Positions 56,514 to 64,000 of a DNA stretch of 64,000 nucleotides are shown here, in pieces. Each line of letters starts with the position of its first letter. Position 1 is the first letter of the stretch. Origin of the DNA: Octopus vulgaris. Its lineage: Eukaryota. The notes beneath the pieces are model-generated. The model saw nothing but the letters and a program-made list of their open reading frames with translations, was not told the DNA's origin and searched no databases. Location of the stretch: positions 41,664,001 to 41,728,000 of the forward strand of contig OX597826.1 of the NCBI GenBank assembly GCA_951406725.2. The letters run 5' to 3'. A program made the position numbers and the translations under genes.

Positions 56514-57000
56514 GATATTCCGTGTACCAAACTACCCAAATAGTAACACCGCCAAGTAACTTCTATAGTCTTGCCTTCAAATCAACCAAGCATGTATCCT
56601 CATATCATCACCACCCCCACCAACACCCCCGCCCCCACTCCCACCAACAACACCACCACCACCACCACCACCACCACCACCACCACCACCACTGCCGCAC
56701 CGCCATCATCATAATCACTAATAATCTCGGTTTTGTCTTTCTTCTTTTCTCTCTTTCTCTCTCACATACACAATACATTATTTGAATTAAAATTACTGAT
56801 AATTATTAAACAGCCTCTCCTATTATATTGCCATAATATCTTCAGTGGGATGAATTTAGAAAATGTGTCTTAATATATGTAGGTGTGCATCATGAAGAGT
56901 GTACGTATGTGTGTGTGAGTGTACGTGTGAGCGTGCGCACCCGCGTGTGTATATATGTTTCTTTGTATGTATATTAAATATATATACACATACACACACA

Positions 57001-57054
<54 letters not shown>

Positions 57055-57056
<2 letters not shown>

Positions 57057-57230
57057 CGCAGGCATAGCTTGTGGTAAGAGGCATGCTTCCCAACTACATA
57101 GTTCCGGGTTCAGAACCATGCGGTGGGACCTCGTGGCACCCTGGGCAAGTGCTGTCTCCTCTACTATAGCCTCAGGCCGACCAAAGCCTTTTGAGTGGAT
57201 TCGGTAGACGGAAGCTCAAAGAGGCTCGTC
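57055..57230 (+). mobile_element. SINE family B, 5' half
   Basis: GGCGCAGGCATAGCTTGTGGTAAG...GGTAGACGGAAGCTCAAAGAGGCTCGTCG. Confidence 0.8.
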
Positions 57231-57816
57231 GTGTGTGTGTGTGTGTATATATATGTATGTGTGTGTGTGTATGTTTGTATGTATGTATGTGTATGTGTGT
57301 GTGTGTGTGTGTGTGTTTACCGACACACACTCTCACAAATGTATATGCTTTTATTAGGCTGTTCCAGCAGTATGTTACTGAGGAGTTCCCCACTCCAGCC
57401 CTTATGGAATGTCTAACAATCAAAGTAACATGAAAGAGACCTATAGATATACCCGTATGAAATTGCTGCACACATACACACACATACACACACATACATA
57501 ATATAGATCGCCATGATAGATCGCTAGCCACTACACATTGTTTATTTTTCTCTCCTTGTTTCTTCCTGTGTTCCTTTCTGTGGAAGAGCGTAGGCTCGAA
57601 ACATTAAAGACTTTTTCACTTCCCGAGCGTTATATTAATACATCTATTTGTTGTGTACACCACCTGTCATCGTCTTTTGTCTTTCTTTGTTAATTCATCC
57701 CCATATATATATATTGTATGAAAAAAAATTTATAACATTCTTCAGACATAATGACTCAAATATATATTTTTTAACCTTTTAAAACAAGCCTTCTGTAGTT
57801 TTTTCACTTTTTACTA

Positions 57817-57885
<69 letters not shown>

Positions 57886-57886
<1 letters not shown>

Positions 57887-59084
57887 TAGCATTATGACCC
57901 GTCGTTGCCGGGTCAGGGTGCTAGTGCATGTATATATGTGTATATATATGTGTACATATTACATGTACATCTATATATATACATCTACACATAAAATACA
58001 AAATACAAAGTTATATCTTGATATCGCTAGTGATAACAATACTCAAAATATATAACAGACTGGAATTGTTAGCTCGTCTCTTGTAATTTCGATCAATTGT
58101 ATCTTGTCCTCCTTCTTGTATAGAAGTGTGGCTTCAATCCAGCCTACCTCTACTTCTGGGGTGGGGGTGGGGGTGGCGTTTATAATTTTTATCCGGGACG
58201 TCCTACGTCCCAGATATAAAGGTAAAAATAAAATATTTCCACTTTGCAAGTTCGAGTCGAGTACTCCCTTGCACGCTCCATTGACTTGAACTTTGCTTCT
58301 ATTGTGGCGAATTTACCGCCTCTGGTTAGATATCTTTCATAGTCGCACCAAGACACTTTTCGAATGTGCTTTCCTACAGGTGTTCAAATCTTTTTCTTCT
58401 ACATTGTATACTTTATAGACAATAGCCTTTTCTTTAATTTAATTTTTTATTATCCATCTGGACTATTCCATTTCTGCACACTAATTTTATTTTTAATTTA
58501 TTCCCATTCATGTGAAACCACTTATTCAAGTTCAAGTCATTAATGCAATTTTATACCAATTGCTATTTTTACTTTTGTTATGTTATGATTTAATTATTAT
58601 ATTATACTTTAGTTTGGTTTTAATTATTTCTTACTACATATAACTCGATTGTTATTATTATCTCTAATTTTTATTGTTAAAGTGAAATATCTGACATAAA
58701 ATAGAGAAATGTTTTTGTTTCATTTTTAACACGTAATACTGAAATAATGGAGAAGATATGATATTGCTATGGGCTCGCCCTAGACAAGAAGTTGAACATT
58801 TTTTTTGCCCATGAAACATGGACCCTAAGTAAAGCATGTGTAAAATTTGAATGAAATTGGTTGTGTAGTTCTCAAGTTTTAGGGAATCGTAGTGGAGAAG
58901 ATATGATATTGCTGTGGGCTCGCCCTAGGCAAAAAGTAAATATTTTTTGCCGATGACACTCCCCGGACCCTTAGTAAGGCATGTGTAAAATTTGAATGAA
59001 ATTGGTTGTGTAGTTCTCAAGTTTTAGGGAAACACACAGACAGACACATTCTCAGTTTTATATATATATATATATATATATAGA
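57886..59084 (-). mobile_element. Non-autonomous Helitron
   Basis: Minus strand reads A|TCTATATA...AAAACTGAGAATGTGTCTGTCTG at the 5' end. The 3' end has hairpin TGACCCG-GCAACGA-CGGGTCA then CTAG|T, an A|T insertion site. There is an internal ~140 bp tandem duplication at ~58748-59030. Confidence 0.85.
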
Positions 59085-59930
59085 TATATATATCTTCCGG
59101 CCATTTCGGCATGTTGAACCTTTAAGCCCTACACATTTTTTCTCTCTCCGTTTTTCCCACCTCTTAATCCTTTCTGTTAAAGAGCGAAGGATCGAAACGT
59201 AAAAGACTTTTCCATTTTTCCCGAGTGTTAAACTATTACACCTGTTTGTTGTTCCTACATCTGTCTTCGTCTTTCGTTATCTGTAAATTTGAACTATACG
59301 TACATTCATATATACATATATATGTAGGTATGTATGTGTATATAGATATATTTATGTGTATGTATGTATACACTCACATTCACTCACACACACACATATA
59401 CACAGGAAATAGAAAATAATGCAACGAATGAAATTATGAAAACGTGACAGGAAAAGAGAAAAAAGAGAAGCAAAATGAGGAAGTGTACATGCGTGTGTGT
59501 GTGTGTGTGTATTCACGAGTGTGAATCTGTGTGCGTGAGCGCGTTTATGGGCATGTGAGAGAGAGAAAGTGAGTGCATGTGTGTGTGTACGTGTGTGAAT
59601 GTATGCGTGCGTGCACGACAGTGGAAAATCTGGGGAAGGATATTTGGATTATAAAACAGTCATTAACCCAATAGTGATATCTTTAGAACAGGTTTGGGCC
59701 AGCATTACAAACACGTAAAGTAATATATTCACATGTGTGTATGTGTGTATTTATGTATGGATGTATATAAATACATTTATATATTTTTAGTAGAAACAAC
59801 AGAGTGACAAAAGGACCGAGAATTTCATGGCCCTTGAGTCACTTTGTTGCTTCTGCTAAATATTAGTAAAAACATAGACATATTCTCATGTTTTGAGTTC
59901 TACTTTTCCTGTTTGCATCACCATACCTGC

Positions 59931-59974
<44 letters not shown>

Positions 59975-60128
59975 CGAGAGAGATAATGGTGTCATTGAGA
60001 CCCAAAGGTGTCAGGTAATGCTGAATAGGTGCTAGGGGTAGACCATAGTTAAGTTCCAGATTCGGTAATATTGCAAATAAAGGGCTCAACGTTGGTTCAA
60101 TGTCAGCGTGTGTATATAAGAAATTTTG

Positions 60129-60245
60129 GCGTAATAAGATTAAAAAAACCCAAGGGTGTGTAGATATTAGAGCATTTTTAGATAGATATATCTATCTATA
60201 AATGCTCTAATATCTATACAACCTTGATTTTTTATCTTATTACGC
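60129..60245. repeat. Spacerless imperfect palindrome
   Basis: TAGATATTAGAGCATTT.TAGATAGATA|TATCTATCTA.AAATGCTCTAATATCTA, extending to GCGTAATAAGAT/ATCTTATTACGC. Confidence 0.9.
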
Positions 60246-60252
60246 AAACATT

Positions 60253-60325
<73 letters not shown>

Positions 60326-60337
60326 ATATATATGTAT

Positions 60338-60419
<82 letters not shown>

Positions 60420-60446
60420 ATACATGTGTATATATATATATGATAG

Positions 60447-60628
60447 ATCGTTAGCCACTACATACATTTTTTTCTCTCCTTGATTTTCTCCTTGTTTTCT
60501 GTGTCCCTTTCTGTAGGAGAGCGTAGGCTCGAAACGTAAAAGACTTTTTCTATTCCTGAGCGTTATACTAATACATCTGTTTGTTTTGTACACCTCCTGT
60601 CTTCATCTTTTTTTTTTTCGTAAACTCT

Positions 60629-60632
<4 letters not shown>
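60447..60632 (+). mobile_element. Short dispersed element family H3 with variant hammerhead-like fold
   Basis: CTTT-CTGTAGGA-GAGC GTAG GCTC-GAAA-CGTA-AAAG; other copies at 8550-8735(-), 35802-35925, 57520-57705 and 59120-59300. Confidence 0.7.
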
Positions 60633-60659
<27 letters not shown>

Positions 60660-60664
60660 ATCTT

Positions 60665-60978
60665 AAACTTGTTTCAGTCATTAGACTGTGGCCATGCTGG
60701 GGCACCGCCTTGAAAAATTTCAGTCGAAGTAATCGATGCTGGCTTAGCACTTAATTCTTTTGTCGAACCGCTAACACACTAACACCAGTTGTTCAACGGT
60801 GGTGGGGGGCAAACACTGTCGCACACACATGCAAACGCACACACATGCAAACGCACACACACACACACGAGCACGCGCACACAAACATACACGAACGCAC
60901 ACACCTACACGCATACACCCATACTCTCCCAAACACCCACACGCACACGCACACACACGCAAACACATGCATGTGTGT

Positions 60979-61029
<51 letters not shown>

Positions 61030-61170
61030 ATACGACAGGCATCTTTCCGTTTCCGTCTGTGAATTCCATTGAGAAAGCTGAAGTAGAAGATACTTGCTCA
61101 AAGTGCCAAGCAATGAGACTGAACCTAGAACCATGCGGCTGGAAAGCAAAATTCTTACCATTCAGCCTAC
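60665..61170 (-). mobile_element. SINE family B, diverged
   Basis: Family B tail and head around expanded (CA)/(TG) repeats. Confidence 0.7.
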
Positions 61171-61299
61171 ACACCTACCCCAACACTCTTCCTCATGTGT
61201 GTGTGTGTGTGGGGGGGTTACATATACATTCAAAACCAAAACCAAAACTAACAAACCATTATTCTTTATTGTATTTAGGGATGGTCATTCTTTTCTTTT

Positions 61300-61534
61300 C
61301 AAATAAACACACGCACTGTAAATTCGTTCTTCACTCATTTATTATTGTTCTTATTTTATCTTATGTCTTCAGCGGCTCTTCCATCCACGTTCTCCTCCAG
61401 TTCTGTTTAGTCCGAGATGGAAGGGTCGCTGAAGCGGTCACAGGTGTGTAACGAAAGATTTCCAGAATATGAACATGAGATAAAATAACAATAATAAACG
61501 AGTAAAGAACGGATATGGTGCATGTGTTTATTTG
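61300..61534. mobile_element. Fold-back element, family H2
   Basis: Same inverted termini as 16168; CTGAAGC-GGTCACA-GGTG-TGTAAC-GAAA at 61429-61456. Confidence 0.65.
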
Positions 61535-62112
61535 GCAAGAAAAAAATGACCAACCCAAATTACAAAATTATTTCAAGCATTGTGCCTATAATAGAAAGGA
61601 TTATGCCTTTGGCTTTCTTTTTACTAATTAATTGTATTGTAAATTGATGGGCTTTAAAATAATTTTCTGCTGTTCGTGGGATGGAATATTAGGGCATAGA
61701 TTCGACAGGTGTATAGATAGGTGTGTGCCGAGTAAACACGAAGGTAGTTCGTTTAGGACTGTCATCTAGACATGAACATTTTAAAACTGTTTCCTTAGCA
61801 AGAAAGCTGTTTTGAAATGTATTGTGTGTGCATGAGTGAATGTGTGTGTGTGTGTGTGTGTGTATGTGTGTGTGTGTGCGTGTGCACGTACGTGCGTGTG
61901 CACGTACGTGCGTGTATGTGTGTGTGAATTATTATATTTGATTTTGTTTAATATAAAACAAATTGGGTTTTACTTTAGCAGAAAATACGTAAGTACACGC
62001 ATGTGTACACACACACACACATGCACACATACATATATATTCATACATATACAGACACATATATGGATACATTCATGCATACATAGTCTATACACACATA
62101 CACATATAGGTT

Positions 62113-62179
<67 letters not shown>

Positions 62180-62599
62180 CGAAATCCTCGATTGAAGGAC
62201 AATACGTATCATGATAAAAGAGCTACAATCGAATCTGAATATTGCATTCTATGACAGAAAACTCTGTGAAATATCAGTGCTGATGTACCCTCATGGGTTA
62301 ATGACTTACGATGGATGAAAGAATTCATCTTAGTTTAATCTTTACCGGTGTGATTACCCGATTTACATACATGCAAACGAAAACAGATACATACGTATAT
62401 GTGTGTGAGTTTGTGTGTGTATTTGTCCGTTCAATGCTTGGTTTATAATAAATCTTCGTAGCTTAAACAGGACAGGAAGCTAGAAGCTATTTGCAGTGTA
62501 AGCCATAAAAGACGATTTTATACAGTTATTTTTACAGATCAACCTAGGTAATGGAAGGAACGATGCAAACATAGACCAGAGCGAATGTAGGTGCGTCGG

Positions 62600-62820
62600 T
62601 TGACATTGTCTAGCTGTGTATTTCATTAGAGAGCGTCCTACAAAATGTTTTGAGTTATTTCTTCCAACTCTTCACTTTCTGATGTCATTTCTAGCCTGAG
62701 TCAGCATAGTCCTTCATCCTTTTAGGATCGATAAAGTAAAGTACCATTCAAGTATTGGGGTTGATGGTATCGAATACTCACGCCTGTTCACAAAATTTCT
62801 GGACTCGCGCCTAAATGAGA
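62600..62820 (+). mobile_element. SINE family A, old copy
   Basis: CCTTCATCCTTTTAGGATCGATAAAGTAAAGTACC core remnant. Confidence 0.55.
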
Positions 62821-64000
62821 AAACATTAGCATACTTAAGAAAAACCACAAGTTAGAATCGTTAGATGAAAATATCATTATTATTGATTCAACTGCATATT
62901 TGAAAGAATATTGCATAAAATAAGATCAGGTAGCACAATAGTGTGTAATCGAAATGATTCCGTTATTACTTTGCATGAAGCACATCATTACTCAGCAGCA
63001 CCAAAGTGCTTGAAATATTGAGAAGGTTAACTCTAAAAGATGGTGGTTCAGATGCAGATAAATTATGTGGAGAATAATATGTGTAATGCATAGCCATGGT
63101 GCACTGTGCCCTCATGAAAAGACAAACTCAATAAAGGGTCTATTTACTTACATTTAAAGTGTGTCCCATGATTAAGGGGTAGCCTGTATATAACAAAATT
63201 ACATATAATGAATCCACACTATGTTGTTTTTAGTTTTTGTTATGTTTGTGGATTTGATTTAAAATTCGCCTTTTCAAATTCTCAACGTTATTTATCCGCA
63301 TCTGAACCATCATCTTTTGCAAATAACCTTCTCAATATTTGAGGCATTTTTGCGCTGCAGATAAATATTGTGCTTCATACTAAATAGTAATGAAATCATT
63401 TTGATTATATACTGTTGTGCTACCTGATCTTGTGTTATGCATTATTCCTTCAAATATGCAGTCGAATCTATACTAATAATTCTTTCATCAAACGATCCTA
63501 ACTTAAGTAAGTATTCTTATAATACTCAGTGAGAAAAGTAGATAACTAAATCATATTTTAAATCTTTATATATTTCTAAATATATTTATATATTTCTAAC
63601 TTGCTTCTTTTACATAAGAGCGTGATGTGTGTCTGTATACAGTAATCTCTGTTAGCATGAGTCTTGGTATGCCCTTGTCTGCAAATATAGATATTTGAAT
63701 GTATTCAACAAAGGGACAGATATATTCACCTAATGTATGCATGTACGTGTATATTTATTGATCTATTTACTTATCTAATATATATTTAACTATGCATGTA
63801 TTTGTGTATGTGTGTATGTGCGTGTGTATGTGTGTGTGCACAAACAGAAACACACAACAAATATACTCAACGAGTATCTTTCCCCCATATAATGACCGCA
63901 TTCGACTGGTTCAAAATAAGAAACATAAGCCGTTGCCTATTTTAACATATCCACCGCCATGCAGTCAATAAAGATTTAAATACATAAGTACAGTAAGAGG

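Overview
AT-rich eukaryotic genomic DNA, very dense in microsatellites ((TA)n, (CA)n, (TATC)n, (CATA)n, trinucleotides). The SINE/LINE repertoire resembles an octopus or coleoid cephalopod genome (inference from family resemblance). Nearly all listed ORFs are translations of microsatellites, and no complete host gene is recognisable; there are only two candidate exons (~22.5 and ~23.4 kb) and a paired-CCAAT promoter candidate (~33.7 kb). The window is a transposon graveyard. It holds four tRNA-derived SINE families (several copies with TSDs), a full-length decayed Tc1-like element with DD36E spacing, two non-autonomous Helitrons, and fragments of RTE, Dong/R4, HERO-like, Tx1-like, mariner and maT-like elements. 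It also holds a decayed Penelope-like element with its GIY-YIG domain. The most striking signal is a dispersed set of more than ten minimal type I hammerhead-ribozyme motifs (CUGANGA...GAAA, tiny self-complementary stem III) in at least five short-element families. Many of these sit in fold-back structures, and one family has a recurrent non-canonical CUGUNRRA core. Several long palindromes and local inverted duplications also occur.
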